Of a stretch of DNA of 64,000 bases, positions 26,388 to 39,999 are shown one piece after another. Position numbers and translations under genes: made by a program. This DNA is from Camelus ferus (Eukaryota). Position 1 is the first letter of the stretch. Each line of letters begins with the position of its first letter. The notes under the pieces are model-generated. The model had not been told where the DNA came from and made no database searches. It saw only the letters and a program-made list of their open reading frames with translations. The stretch lies in contig NC_045696.1 in the NCBI RefSeq assembly GCF_009834535.1, forward strand, positions 51,214,001 through 51,278,000. Reading direction: 5' to 3'.

Positions 26388-27989
26388 TAAAGATCTCTTT
26401 TTAATACTCTCATCTGTCCTTTTGGTTGTTTCCAAAGTAATAGTAATTTTAAAAGTGTATCTTTTAGAACACATTTCTGAATTTGTTACTTTTCAATGTG
26501 AAACTAGAAGGTGGCTTTTTATATTTTGACACTGTGGACTCCATGTTCTTTAGCGTGACATACAGGCTCTTCATGACCTGGCTGCTGCCCCTCCCCCATG
26601 GACTCTTTCCTTCTCCCTCCCTGTGTCCCCCTAGTCACCCAGGTGCTGCTTCACTCCTCTGCACACTTGCATTTGCCATACATGAGCTCATCTTGGCTAT
26701 TTCAGCAGCATCTCACACCACCGCATGCTCTATTTTGAAACACCTTCTTCCCTTAATTTCCATATCATTCTTTCTGAACTGGCCTCTACCTCTCAGATAT
26801 TTCCCTTGTTCTTTTTTTTTGCTGGGCACCCGTCTCCTACTCAGCCTTTGTGTGCCAGGCTCTCTTGGGGCCCAGTCTTAGGTTCTATTTTCCCTCTTAA
26901 ACCTATTAAGCTTAGTTCTGCTCTCTATCCAGTGGTTGACTATAAGGGATTTTTATATTTAGCAGAAGTATATAAAATCATTTACAGTAGAGTTAATGTA
27001 TATTTTTCTCATAGCTATTTGGTTACCGTAGTAGAGTGAGGATACCTATCTATGGTTTCGGTCAGTGAGAACTGCTATAATATGTCAAAAGCACTGGTTT
27101 TTAGGGAGTAGAACCTAGCCCCCTCGTGTGCTCTCTTCAGTTTGAGCAAGTGGTATCCTTCAGGGTCACTCTGGTCCCTCATTCTGCTGTTGTATGAAAT
27201 GATTAGGTTTTAACAACCCTTCCCCTCCCCCAAAAGGTTGATCCTTGCAGTGCATCAGGTAGCATTTGACTTATCTATACACCTTACTGAATTAAATGGA
27301 ACAGCTAGGTAGAAATTAGGGCAAGATTTGATGTTTCATTTAGAGGAAGATTTTTCTTCTGGGAAATAAATTAGAACTGATAGATGGGACTCTCCTCAAT
27401 GTTTATTATAGTCCAGGTCCCTGCCAGGAAGTTATTCTGAATAAAGTAAAAAAGTATTTGTAAAGGAAAGAATTATTGAATAATCAAGATGTAAACTTTT
27501 CAATGATGAAAAATATGCTGAATACTTATTGGAATTGCTCCACCTGAACAGCTGGTTCTTCCTGCCATTTCTTGATGTTCCATTTCCAGTACTCAAGAGA
27601 TGCAGTCCTTGATCGTTGTAAAGGGTTAATGCAGGCATCTGATGAGGATGCCAGTACTGAAGAAGTGGTATATGAAGAAATGATGACATTGCCAGAATGG
27701 AATAGGAAGTATTAGCATGGAAAAGAAAATTTAACCCTTAATATATTTAATTTAAAAAACGAGGTTAAAATAGTATTGCGTAGGCAATTTACATAATTGA
27801 GCATAAGCAAGATATTTTCATTTGCATTTTATTTTTTCTAATTGATGTGTAGAACTGCAAAAATTGGATACTGTCCCTTTAATAAAACCCTGTTTACCTA
27901 CCCTGTTCAAGTAGGAGTGGCTTTAGGAACCTGTAGAGCGAGGTGTAACTTCCAATTCTGCGTTCTGTCTGGCAGCCTTGGAAAGAGTG

Positions 27990-28306
27990 CTGATACTACA
28001 AACCAGGAAGTGACAAATAATGTGCTTTAAATTATAATAGAACTAGCCTTTTATAAGGAAAAGCTTCTCATAATAAAACTAGAAGATTGAAGCAGTGATT
28101 CTACATAGTTGTCATTAAATGTTTGGAACTCTGCTGCAGATACAGACTTCAAGCATGCTTAGAATACAAAGCTTTCTGGGCCAGACATTGATCTGACTTT
28201 TAAGCCTTATCTGATTACTGCTTGATTGTCTTTATTTTGTTCAAGTGCTCATCAGGGTGAACGGGGGCTGGGGGGGGGGCCTCCCTCCCGCTGTTTGCAG
28301 GTAAGT
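27990..28306 (+). promoter_or_regulatory. Candidate internal promoter and alternative non-coding first exon of GRAMD1C
   Basis: Consensus donor CAG|GTAAGT at 28300/28301 preceded by a G/C tract; CAGGAAGT (ETS-like, ~28004) and CTTATCT (GATA-like, ~28206) in non-repetitive DNA. Confidence 0.55.
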
Positions 28307-29689
28307 GTTCAGTCTTTGTTTAAAATTTAGGTTGTTTCTTATGGTTACTTAACCTTGGCTCTGCTGGTGATTATTGAAAGAATTGTGAATATCAGTCTCG
28401 GTATATATTTTAATGTTTGAATGTTCAGCATGACTGTAAATAACCATTTTTGTCACTTTCCCAATTTTGTAGAAAAGTTCATTTTTACAAATTAGCAAAT
28501 CTATAAGATTCTGAATTAAATGGGTTCTATTTTGTTTACCATTAACATTATTTATATTTAATTAATAGATTTTAAAGTATAATGAAAGTACTGTGCTATT
28601 AACCCCTGAGAGTTTTTTGATAGTATTTAAGACATTTACTTACATAGTCAAATAAAATTGTATTTTTGTTATTACTATTTTACTTAAAAGCTTTATTTCT
28701 TTCACTCTTAGGTAGCTGTCTCAGTGTTTATCATTGTCCATATACTTGCTTTAGTTTGTTTTTGGAATAGTTTGATACCTATTATTTCAGAATAGTTTTT
28801 ATAAAAGATTAATCTTCCACAAGTATATTGAAATATTGCTTGTTTCTCTTTATAAAGTTAACCATCCACTTGTGACACTAAAAGTACTTCAAAGATAATG
28901 TCTTTGGAATATTGAGTTAATTATTAGTATGAGCTAACTGCTACTGTGGAAAAAAAAAGCTCACAAATGGCTCTTGCTGAGTGGGAGTCAGAAAAGAAAT
29001 GTCTAGGGGTGTACCTTCAGGGTCGAGGACAGTGGTTCCTTAACTTTCTCTACCACTAGTGATTTTTAAAGTTTTTTTTCGATGAACAGTATGCTTCAAA
29101 AGACTTTTTGTCCACCAAATAAGTGGTGTATATTAAATAATAAAATGTTAGAATATTATTGTTTATTAAGCCTGAGATAACCACTCTAGGATAATAAAAT
29201 TCAGCCCCAAACAAAGAGGCCTGACATTTTACTTAGCTTGAACAACTTTATTGTAGGTAACTGTTTGGGTATTTTTGACTTTTTGAAATGCTTATAATAA
29301 TATCTAAAGTTTCATCAACTACTGTTGTGGATCCTAGGAATTTGAGAACTAGTAGTCTAAAGTGCAGGAATTTTCTTCCGAATGTCTTTGAGTTTCCATG
29401 AAATGTAATAATGAAGGTCGCATAGTGTAATGTAACAGACAAAGATACCATAGCTACTAGACAGAGAGGACAAACAAGGAGAAAGAAAAAAGGAAGTGTG
29501 GTACTTATCGCTGGGAGTATCGGGGAGGAATTCAAGGCATTTGTATGTTTTAGCCCCGTAAAATCTCTCTATATTTATTCCAACTATTTCCCCACTTAAA
29601 ATTTTACTCCAGTTAGGCTGATAAACTACTCATTGACTTCCAAACAAATATTATTTATATTTTTCATGTATTTATTCTGTATTTTTATG

Positions 29690-30030
29690 TAGGTTCCCTC
29701 TCCTGAAATTTCTTCGTTTCTCCATTTCCTCCATTCATGTCCTTCCTTCAGCTCAGCTGAAGACCCTTCTCTAATGTGAAGCCTTATCTGACCACCCTAA
29801 TCCACAGTGATATTTCTTTCCTTTAGACTTCTGTATCATGTTGATTCTACTGTACTTTAGTACATAATAATGTTACAGTTTGTCATATTTAATTTTTACT
29901 TAAAAGTCTCTCACGTTTCTTCAGCTGTAAGTTGTTTGAGAGCAAGTAGTACATCATTTTTATCCTCCTTGGCATCTACTGCGGTGGGACACATTTGGTA
30001 GGTTCTGAATAAATGTCTGTTGAATGAATG
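29690..30030 (+). mobile_element. L2 3' fragment
   Basis: ctgtaagttgtttgagagcaag...aataaatgtctgttgaatgaatga. Confidence 0.6.
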
Positions 30031-30773
30031 AGGGATGTAAAGAATCTTGCCAATGGTTGCTTCAAGTGTTATGCTGCCTACCTCTACCTTGCTTAATCAT
30101 GTGTTAACCATCTAAATATTTCTAAGAATCAGACCGATGGTTATCATTACTATTGTTGTTTTTGTTTTGCTTTATAACACACGAGGTTTCTGTATTAGAT
30201 AATTTAATAGTGATATGATACCTACAAAGAAAGACAAGCTGAACTTTATTAAAGGTAAATCAAAAGAAATATTCTGAATTCTCGCCTCTTGCATTTTATA
30301 TTTTAGAAAAATGTAATTTAAAGTTTATTGATATATGAGGTTTTAACTGGAGTTAAAATATTCAGATACATTATGGATTAAGAAGAGGGGTTCTGAATTG
30401 ATGATTAGAACTCTGAATGGTGACCCAGTGGTCATGGTAAACTGATTGGCTTGCAGAATTTAAATTGCAGATTAGTAGTTGCCAGGAACTACGAACAGAA
30501 TATTTTATGGAAAGGAAATTTTAAGTCTTAACCTCACATTGACAGTAGTTACTCTATTACACACTTTAAAATCATCATTTACGTATTCTCAGTATCGGCT
30601 ATGCCAGATAGGTTTTGTTAACTCACTTTTTATAGATGCGGAAAACTGATGTCTAGAAGTCAAGTAACGACCAAAGCCACACACCAGTTGCTGCACAGCG
30701 GGTCATTTTGACTTCACTGTGTTATATACTATGTTGTTTCCCAATGGTCAGTGTGACTTTTCTGTTGTTCTAG

Positions 30774-30892
30774 AGCCTGACCAGACAGGAATTCTGGCAG
30801 CTGCTCCAGCAGAACTATGGCACTGAGCTAGGCCTAAATGCTGAAGAGATGGAGAACTTGTCCCTATCGATTGAGGATAATGTGCAGCCAAG
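30774..30892 (+). CDS. GRAMD1C: GRAMD1C exon 7 (119 nt)
   Basis: gttctag|AGC...CCA AG|gtaccg; SLTRQEFWQLLQQNYGTELGLNAEEMENLSLSIEDNVQP(R). Confidence 0.95.
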
Positions 30893-31614
30893 GTACCGCA
30901 GAACATTTTGAAATGTTAAAATTTTATTTATTATTAATCAAAGCAGATTTATTTTAGATTTTACTAATTGAGACTTTCAAATTATTTATTCACCCTTGGG
31001 TGAAATTTGCCTCTCGGTTCTCCGGTTCTCCAGTTTTCTGTAGTGGAATGAGTGAAAGGTGAGGACAGAAAATAGTTTGCTAAATTGGCAAGCAAATTCA
31101 GGTCATATGAGGAAATGTTAACTTTGTAACATTTGTCACCTAGGATTTGCTTAAAGCTTGATGTTAGCAAATCTTTTTACTAAGGATCTGGAGAAGTACC
31201 TAGTGAAATCTCTGCACTTATAAATAACAATAAAGTAAATTAGCTGGTCGGTATTTAGAGGGATACAAAGATAATACGACTTTTTCTCAATGATACCCTA
31301 GCATAGTGCTTGTCATGTAATTGGCACTCAATAAATATTGAGAGCATTAATGAAAGGAGCTTACAGCACTACAGGGAGTGCAAATAATTGTGATAATAAT
31401 TGTTGAAAATGACAAGGGCCAAAAAGAGCAATAGATAATGTCAGAAAAATTCAGAGCAGAGAGAGATTATTTTTGACTGATGGGAATTCATTTGGAAGAG
31501 TGGACATTTTTATTAACCTGTACAAATAAAAGTGCATTTTGTCCAGTGGTAATTGAGGTCATAACAATAAAAACAGCTAAGGATAATACACTACAGTTCT
31601 ATAGCAAACATTAG

Positions 31615-31890
31615 CTGAGTGAAAGGAGCCAGCCACCAAAGACCATATATTGTGTGATTCCACTGTTACGAAATGGAGTCCAGAATCAGTATTATCCATA
31701 GAGACAGAAAGTAGCATAGTGTTGGCCAGGGTCCGGGAGTGACTGCTGATGGGCATGGGGTTTCTTTTGGGGTGTTGAAAATGTTCTAAAATTAAACAGT
31801 AGTGATGGCTGCACAACTCTGTAAACCACTGTACTGTACACTTTAAATAGGGTGAATTTTATGGTATATGAATTATATCTTAATGAAAAT
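31615..31890 (+). mobile_element. L1MB-like 3' end
   Basis: gagtgaaaggagccag...gagtgactgctgatggg...gaattttatggtatatgaattatatct. Confidence 0.8.
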
Positions 31891-32480
31891 TATGTAAATT
31901 ATTTATTAAAAAATTCTGTGGCAAGTAAGTCTTAAAATGGAAATCTTTTGAAGTTTCCATGTGTGTACAAAAATTTTTCTCTGTCTAGATAGTCCTCTAG
32001 CTATGCTGATCCTATTATCCTATTTATATTGTGTCAGTTCAGCATTAATATTTTACAGTCTTTTTTACACAGTTGCACATGCATACTTTATTAGTTTTCT
32101 CTAAAGTTAAAAATTTCAATTGTACTTCTCTCCTTGTAAAGTTTACTAGCCTCTCTCAGGTACTGGAGTTGGGTAGAAAAGCAATTGACATAATGCAGAG
32201 AACCTAACATTTTTGTAAAGAAGATCTGGATTCTAGTCTGGAGTTTGCCACCAAGTAGCTGAGCAACGTCAGGCAAATTGCTTAACCGTTCTGATCCTCA
32301 CTTTATTCATCTGTGGAAGGAGGCAGTTAATCTGAATGATCTCCAAGGTCCTTGCTGACTTGAAAAGTTTCTAGTCTTTGAAGACAGAAAGAATAAATAT
32401 TTTTGATCAGCTGCTCTACACACTCCAATGTCCAGCTTTTCTCTTGGTGACTGAATGTTCTCTAAGAAAAGGTGTGCAGG

Positions 32481-32588
32481 GGGCAGGGTATAGCTCAGTG
32501 GTAGAGTGTGTGCTTAGCATGCCCGAGGTCCTGGGTTCAGTCCCCAGTACCTCTATTAAATTTAAAAAAAAAAAAAAAAAAAGAAAAG
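32481..32588 (+). mobile_element. Vic-1-like tRNA-derived SINE
   Basis: A box tagctcagtgg, B box ggttcagtcc, poly(A); TSD gaaaaggtgtgcagg / gaaaacgtgtgcagg. Confidence 0.88.
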
Positions 32589-33722
32589 GAAAACGTGTGC
32601 AGGATCCTTGCTCTCTCTTCTGCTCTTTTCCCTATTCTTCCAACCTCTGAGAGAAACATGTGTCTCAAACCTTTATTTCCCCAGCACCTCCATCTTCTTT
32701 CTCTTCATTTTCAATCTTCCCTTCAGTCTCCTTCCTCCTTTTTTCTTTATTTCTCCATAAGCCATCTCCATCCTAAAAATCCTCAAGTTCAGACACACGG
32801 CTAGTGGTCTAGTTGGTTTAGGAGTTGGTTTTGTTTGTTTGTTTGTTTGTTTGTTTGATTCCCTCAGAGTCCTGCCATTCTGCCCGACCAGGAGTGACTG
32901 ACTGGAGAAGAATAGAGTTGAGAGGCTTTTTTAGCTTTTCTGTTTCTTCCTCAGGATAATATGGCTTAAGATGTCAGGCTGTTACTTTATTTTAGAAGAG
33001 CTTTAAGTCTAAATGTAGCAGTGATTGCATGGGAATAATAATTGCTCAGTAGAGTTGAACACTGGAAATTAGATCCATTGTGCTTCTTTATTATTTAATA
33101 TACTTTTTTCTTCTCCTTGAAAGAGGAAAAGCAGTTCCCAAGACATTTATTATAGACTTGTCCCTATAACTACTTGAAAGCTGTTTCTTCAGCCTTAGGA
33201 ATTTCTGTTATAAGAATGAGAAGAGCAAGAAGGGAGGCATGGAATGTGAATGGGCTCTGTGCTCAGACATTAAGAGCTTCCACTTCTGGGAGGTATTTGC
33301 TATGGCAGCTGGGACTGAATCCCAAGGAAGGAGATCTAAAAGTGCCTTCTGGTGCTGCTTGGCATCCAGTTCAAATATCTACCCTGCACCTTTTGAAGAT
33401 TCTTCATTGTCCACAACTAAAATTTAAACAAGCAATGTTCATTTTATTAGTTGCTGTTATGGCCACTTGTATTTGGTTAATTTTTAATGGTTTCTGAAGC
33501 TTATAAAATCTTTTATGAGCATGTATTATTTTTTGCAATGACGTCAATTTGCATGGGATTTAAGAAGATAGCTTTGTTATAAGTAGAAGCTTGTTTGTTA
33601 CATTACAAAAAACGTTTGTTGTCAAAATGCTTTATTACAGAAAAGGACCTCGATGAGGAGGCTACATCAGTCATTTGTGTGGCAGTGACCTTGTTTATGT
33701 TTCTATGGTGTGTTTCTTACAG

Positions 33723-33855
33723 AAGTCCAGGAAGAAGCAGCTTGGATGACTGTGGGGAGAGAGATGAAAAACTATCCAAGTCAATCAGTTTTACCCGTGA
33801 ATCAATTAGTCGGGTTTCAGAAACAGAGTCAATCGATGGAAATCCACCGAAAGGG
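33723..33855 (+). CDS. GRAMD1C: GRAMD1C exon 8 (133 nt), Ser-rich linker
   Basis: cttacag|A AGT...AAA GGG|gttagt; SPGRSSLDDCGERDEKLSKSISFTRESISRVSETESIDGNPPKG. Confidence 0.94.
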
Positions 33856-34388
33856 GTTAGTGCATGATATCCTTTTTAAAATCTAATACTGCCATATACT
33901 CATCATAATGGAAGATCAAATAAAAACGCAATATACAAAATGTTTAAAAACTTTAGATGTCAGACTGCTCCGGTATTTTAAGTGAAGAGTTTTAAGCCTG
34001 TAAGTAGCAGAGGTTATATGGGAATGAGATGTGGTTCTGTTCGGAATTGGATATGGTTCAGAGTTACCAGACAGGTCCCTGAGCATCAGTCTGTAAGGCG
34101 GATAGACACCATTAAAAATATAATAGGGTAGAGAAAGTTGTAATTAGCAGAATTTTTCTCTGAGTAGGTAGAGTGTATACTGGAAAGAATCTGTGTTGAA
34201 GGGGAGATGAGAACCCTTAGCAGCATGCTTGAGTAACAACAGACGCTTGTTAAGGTGAAGACTAAGGCAGGCACGTCCAGTTAATTACTGGGTTTCATAA
34301 TTAGTTTCTTCCTTTATTTTATTCAAGCATTAGTATAAGCCCATTAACTTTTTTATTTTGGTGAGTTTCTATCGCTTGAAGTCATTAT

Positions 34389-34390
<2 letters not shown>

Positions 34391-34453
<63 letters not shown>
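34391..34453. repeat. (TAT)~21 microsatellite
   Basis: Perfect trinucleotide run followed by (CAT)2. Confidence 0.97.
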
Positions 34454-36932
34454 CATCATTTATACTCAGCTTTTCCCCTCTGCCAGTAGGAGCCCCTTCA
34501 GGTTGGCTCCTTTGTCCTTTTGGAATAATCAGTAATCTTTGATGGCTTCCTTTCTTTCTGGTACCATAATGTGTCACAGGCACAATTTGTACACTTCTGT
34601 CCCAGACTTAGCATCAGCCATTCTCCTAATGAACCACAGTTCTTAGTGAAGAGTGGTACTTAGAGACCACATGAGGGCCAAGAGTGTGCAGCTTTTGTTC
34701 TTCTGACTAGGGATGCAAGTTTGGGGCCAATGTTGAATTTCTTGGTTTAGATCAGAGCATTGGCTTCAGATTCTACCTCTGCTTAACCTTCTATGCCTTT
34801 GTTTTCTTAACTATGAGGACACTAATACTCCATGGAGGTTTTTTTAAAATAAAGATTAAATGAATTGATACATGTGAAAGTGCTTTGAACAGCCCCTAGT
34901 ACATATTAAGTATTCAGCGACCATAAGCAGATTATAACGGAAGGTGAATCTGTGTGTGGCCAGCACTGGACCTTTTCTACCGTCTCTCGTGGAGCTCCCA
35001 GTGTCTTCTGTGAAAATAATGTTGGGAAGACATTGAAACAGAATATATTTATGTGAAAGCCCACCAGATTATCAGCTTACCAATCAAGCATCTATCTCAG
35101 TTGAATTTTGTGTTGTAGATTTCATGTAAAACTTCAAGATACCCTTAGGAACTTACTGCTGGTGCAAGGGAGGTGATTCTGAATGCTAATCCCTTTATAC
35201 ATTCCTATTGAGAAGACCAAACCACTCAATTTTGGGGTGGTAACAGGACAAGGGATCTCTTGCAGTCCTCTCATTCTTCTACAAAAGTTTGACTTTGAGA
35301 ACTGATTTCTTGAGTCCTTCATAGAGCTTCTTTGACAATGTGTTCTGTACCCGCTCTTGGGATAGTCAGCCTGTTGGTTCTTCCTTCTAGTTTTGTCCCT
35401 AAAGGAAGTCATATTTTCTCTAAGGAAAGGGAATGGAATGTAGAGGAGTAATTTAATGTTTTAAGATTGATTATACATTCATTGATGTTTAGCGTAGATG
35501 TTTTCAGGTTGGGAAATAGAAATAATATAGAGATTTGGTCCTTTCCTTCCTTTTGCATTCAAGAGCAGTAAGGGAAGATTCTCAGATGTCATAAATATCA
35601 TATGTCACTTATTTTGTTTCATTTTTACTTACAACAAGGTTGTAAATAATAAAAAGTTAGAAATAACATTTTTTGAAGAAGAAAATAAGTTTCTCTCAAG
35701 TTATAAAATAAATAGGCTTTGTGAAAATTCAGGAAATGTAGAAAAGTATACAAAGAAAGAAAAATTGTCCAGATGCCAGCCGTTCAAAGATAGTGACTGT
35801 TACTTTTCCTGTATCTGTCCATGCTCTTTACAATAGGAACTGTATCTTAATTAGAAACAAGAGAAATATGTGTGGAAACTTACTCTGCTTAGCATCTAAA
35901 GAGGCCCTGGGTCAGCTAAATAAGCATGTTGCCTTGTAATGTGGAAATCCCAGATAAATCAAGGCTTGATTTTAGCAATAATCTCTGCTTGAAAAAAATC
36001 AGTCCTCTGACTAGGATAGTATAATCCTTTAATAAATTGCGTCCTGGGTCCCAGTTGTTATTCTGCTTTCTCGGTGGCCAGTGGAAACCGATATCCTCTC
36101 TAGAGCTGCTTCTGTTGTTCAGTGCTGCTCAAGATCTCTTGGGGCAGGAAGTATAAAGATTATATATATGTTTTTGCTCTCTTTCATCTGCTTATACACA
36201 GGCAGTACAAGAAAGTACATTGCTGTGTAGTGTATATTTTTCACACTGTTCTGTTAAGCCTAATTATAATACTATTCTTTTCTACTTGAATACTAACACA
36301 GCAATAGCATTCATACTTTAAAGCCTAACATTAAATTTATTATAGAAATGACATATCTTTATTAAACCATTCCCAGATAGTATGGATAACATTATATATT
36401 GAATATATTTTGATGCCCAATTCTTTAGTCCCTTAACAGCAAAGCAACTGTATTCTTGAGTTTGCTGTGAAATTAATTTTCCTTTTTAATTCTCTCTCCC
36501 ACACTGTACTCTTATGTGACTTTTCTCTCTCTATTTTCTTTTCCTTTCCCCTTTAGTTACTGGTCTTGAGAGATGGGTGAGTTCTCTCCTCTGAAATGAT
36601 GGGGCAGGTATTGTCTGGGGAACTAACTGGGTTTGACTCCTCTCCCTACTGCACTCCAAAGAACTGACTGTTCTGTTATTTTTAACTCTGTCCCCTTTCC
36701 CTTTGACTTACATGAGTCACATGTTGTTAACTGTGAGTTCTTTCTGTATGATGTTCTTCATACATTTGCTGTTCAATAATGTGTAAGAAGATGACTTTAG
36801 AATGGTCTATACTATCTACCAATATTTTATGAATTGAATTGGAAATTTAATGCAAAGATAGCAGACAAATTTTTCAAAGAGCAGTATTTCCAAATGTCTT
36901 TATTATTTAAGATCTCACTGTTTGCCTTTTAG

Positions 36933-37092
36933 GGATTAGGGAAAGAGGAACCCCAAAGTGAAAAACAGACCAAGAGTCCTTCACTAACTTCAGAGAAGAG
37001 GTTAAGTAGAGTGCCGTCAAAATCACTGGATGTGAATAAAAATGAGTATCTTTCTTTGGACAAAAGCAGCACTTCAGATTCTTTTGATGAAG
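36933..37092 (+). CDS. GRAMD1C: GRAMD1C exon 9 (160 nt), linker
   Basis: cttttag|GGA...GAA G|gtaaag; GLGKEEPQSEKQTKSPSLTSEKRLSRVPSKSLDVNKNEYLSLDKSSTSDSFDE. Confidence 0.94.
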
Positions 37093-37399
37093 GTAAAGAA
37101 TTTCTTATTTAACCTTTAGTAAAATTTAAGTTACATCTTTTAATGTTTATGTCTTACATGTGCGCAGCTTGAGACTTTAGTTGCGTTAGATACAATCTCA
37201 CTCTATAAAGAACCAAAGAAGGATGGAAGTTAACAGGAAATAGGGGAAAAGGGCTGCTAAGTCTAACCTGTCATTTCTACTTTTCAGAAGCCTGGAATTT
37301 GAAAATCTTCATCACAGTTAACTTTTAACATTCCAAACCTGAAGTCAGTGGAGATGGAGCAGTAGCAATGGACAAGCAAACTTTTTTTCCTTTGTACCT

Positions 37400-38530
37400 C
37401 TTAATCTCCCTAACCTGCTTTTCTCCTCTCCCACGCCCTTCCCCTCTGGCAGTCACCTGTTTGTTCTCTGTATCTATGAATTCTGTTTCTGTTTAGTTGT
37501 GTTTGTTCATCATTTTGTTTTTTACATTCCTCATATAAGTGAAATTATACAGTATTTATCTTTCTCTCTCTGACTTCTTTCACTCAGCATAATATCCTCT
37601 AGGTCCATCCATGTTGTCAAAATGTCTAGATTTCATTCTTTTTTGTGGTTGAGTAATATTCCATTATATATATATAATGTATATGTATGTGCATTTTCTT
37701 TATCCATTTATCAGTTAATGGGCACTTAGGTTGCTTCCATATCTTGACTATTGTAGCTAATGCTGCAGTGAACATAGTGGGGTACGTATCATATAATCTT
37801 TTTGAGTTAGTCTTTTTGTTTTCTTTGGATAAATACCCAGGAGTAGAATTGCTGGATTGTATGGTAGTTGTATTTTTAATTTTTTGAGGAACCTACATAC
37901 TATTTTCCATAGTGACTGCACTAGTTTACATTATCACCAGCGGGGTTGGTGATATCATACACGGGGTTTCCTTTTCTCCACATCCTCATCAACACTTGTT
38001 ATTTGCTGTCTATCTTTTTTAATCCTTTTTGGGGGGGGTAATTAGATTTATTTATTTATTTATTTATTTAATGGAGGTACTGGGGATTGAACCCAGCACC
38101 TCATGCATGCTAGGCATGCACTCTACCACTGAGCTATATACTTTACCCCTTTTGCTGTCTTTTTGATAATAGCCATTCTGACAGGTGTGAGGCGGTACCT
38201 CATGGTGGTTTTGCTTTGTGTTTCCCTGATGATTAGTGATGTTTTCATGTGCCCGTTGGCCATCAGTATATCTTCTCTGGAAAAATGTCTGCTCAGGCCC
38301 TCTGTCCATTTTTTAATCGGGTGGGGTTTTTTGCTGTTGAATCGTATGAGTTCTTTGTATATTTTGAATATTAATCCCTTATCGGATGTATTGTTTGCAA
38401 TTATCTTCTCCCATTCAGTAGGCGGCCTTTTCTTTTGGATTATAGTTTCCTTGGCTGTGGAAAAAGCTTTTTAGTTTGATGTAGTCCCATTTGTTTATTT
38501 TTGCTTTTGTTTACTTTGCCAGGGGAGACA
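37400..38530 (-). mobile_element. L1 3' region, antisense, interrupted by a SINE
   Basis: cactcagcataatatcctctaggtccatccatgttg, gataaatacccaggagtagaattgctgga, agtttgatgtagtcccatttg. Confidence 0.85.
38012..38150 (-). mobile_element. Vic-1-like SINE
   Basis: atggaggtactggggattgaaccc...ctctaccactgagctata; TSD tttgctgtct. Confidence 0.88.
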
Positions 38531-39000
38531 AATCTTCATAAAAATCTGCATAGTGTAACACTATAATTTTACTATTTTCTTTAACCACAAAAGAGAGAGT
38601 TTCAAATCATGTTTTTTTTTTTTTACTTTCTCTAAGTTAGAACCAGTTGCCTGGGGCTTATCATGCTTATCAAATGGACATTTTAAGGAATCTTTTTTTT
38701 TTTTTTTTTAGCTGTAAGATTATTGACATTGAAGTCAGTGAAGCGAGGAGACAATGGGAAAGATCAAGAACCAGGGCAGTGACTGACTACATTCAAATTT
38801 CAGGAAAGGGAACAATGCCAGTGGAGTTTTGCTGTACCTGCTTTTGTACCAGCATGTTATTTTAATATTTCTACCAGAGTATTAGTAACGGGGACTTATT
38901 GTGGTTTGGACCTGTCCGACATGATTGTACTTGCTAGTCCACTTACTATTCAGCTTAGATCTGGTTTGGGAACCCCTGATGTCTGTTTATTACTATTAGT

Positions 39001-39092
39001 GAAAACCAAATCTATGAAAACCAAAACTAAATCCAAGTCAAATCTAAATCAAATCCAAATCAAGTCCAAGTCTAAAATCAAATCCAAATCAG
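39001..39092. repeat. Degenerate AA(A/G)TC(C/T) 5-6-mer simple repeat
   Basis: aaatccaagtcaaatctaaatcaaatccaaatcaagtccaagtctaaaatcaaatccaaatc. Confidence 0.8.
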
Positions 39093-39999
39093 GTTCAACC
39101 TTGGTTTGGGAATACTGAAGTATCTTTGATGGAAACCAAATCCACACTCTCAAAAACAGAAAAAAAAAATTGAATAGTTCCTAAAAATCATAGAATGCAT
39201 TAAGAAGACAGTTTTTGAGTTCTTTTGAAAAGATAGTTGAGAGGAAGTTTTTTTTAGAAGGCTTGAGCACCATAAATGACTAGCCGCTCTTAGTGTCCTG
39301 GCCGCTGATGAGCAGCAGGTGTGAATTAGCTATCCCCTGCCTGGCTGAGTCTCTAACCATAGGAAGATCTGCTCTGGCACCCAGTGGCCAGACACGTAAG
39401 TGACACCAAAACAAAGAATTTGTTTCCCCCTCAACCTTCTCTTTTATAAGAATGGTCCTTAAAAAAAATCCTTAGTTTCTTTACTGAGTATCTATAAAAT
39501 TAACATCAATGGTAAGTTACTTAAAAGTTAACATTAAAACTCATATAAGCTGTTGTCTAAATCTAGAAATAAAGAAAGAGCAGTAGCGATGTGGTTTCTG
39601 TGTTGCATATGAGCCCCAATCACATTTTGCTCCTTGTTGGCACCCCTTTGGCTTTGCAGTAGTAAGACCTCCCATGTAACATTCAGCCTTCTGTTTGTGG
39701 AGGCTTTCTTAAAGGTGTATGAGGAGACTTTTTTTTCCTTCTTAGATTATCATTAGCTAAGCAATCGAACTCTCCTATTGCTTTCCCTAAGCGGGTTCCA
39801 AAATCTCAGGCTTATCATATTAAGTGGGTGTTACAATGAATTTAATTTTTACCTTCTGAATGTTGTGAGGTTCTGAAGACACTTCATGTCAATGAACTGG
39901 GGAGACAATGGGAAAAGTCAGAAGAAGTAAACCATCCTAGGAATTCTGGACGTGTGTATGTGGATTTAGAGGGAACTAGGTAGATGGCAGACTATTTTA

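Noticed and set aside
32481..32555. tRNA-like sequence (also ~38070, ~54290, ~56670)
   Set aside because: Poly(A) tails, TSDs and no intact acceptor stem identify these as SINEs, not tRNA genes.
34353..34583. Poly-Asn ORF on the minus strand
   Set aside because: It is just the translation of the (TAT)n microsatellite.
38906..39118. Lys/Ser-rich ORF
   Set aside because: It is the translation of a degenerate simple repeat and has no exon context.
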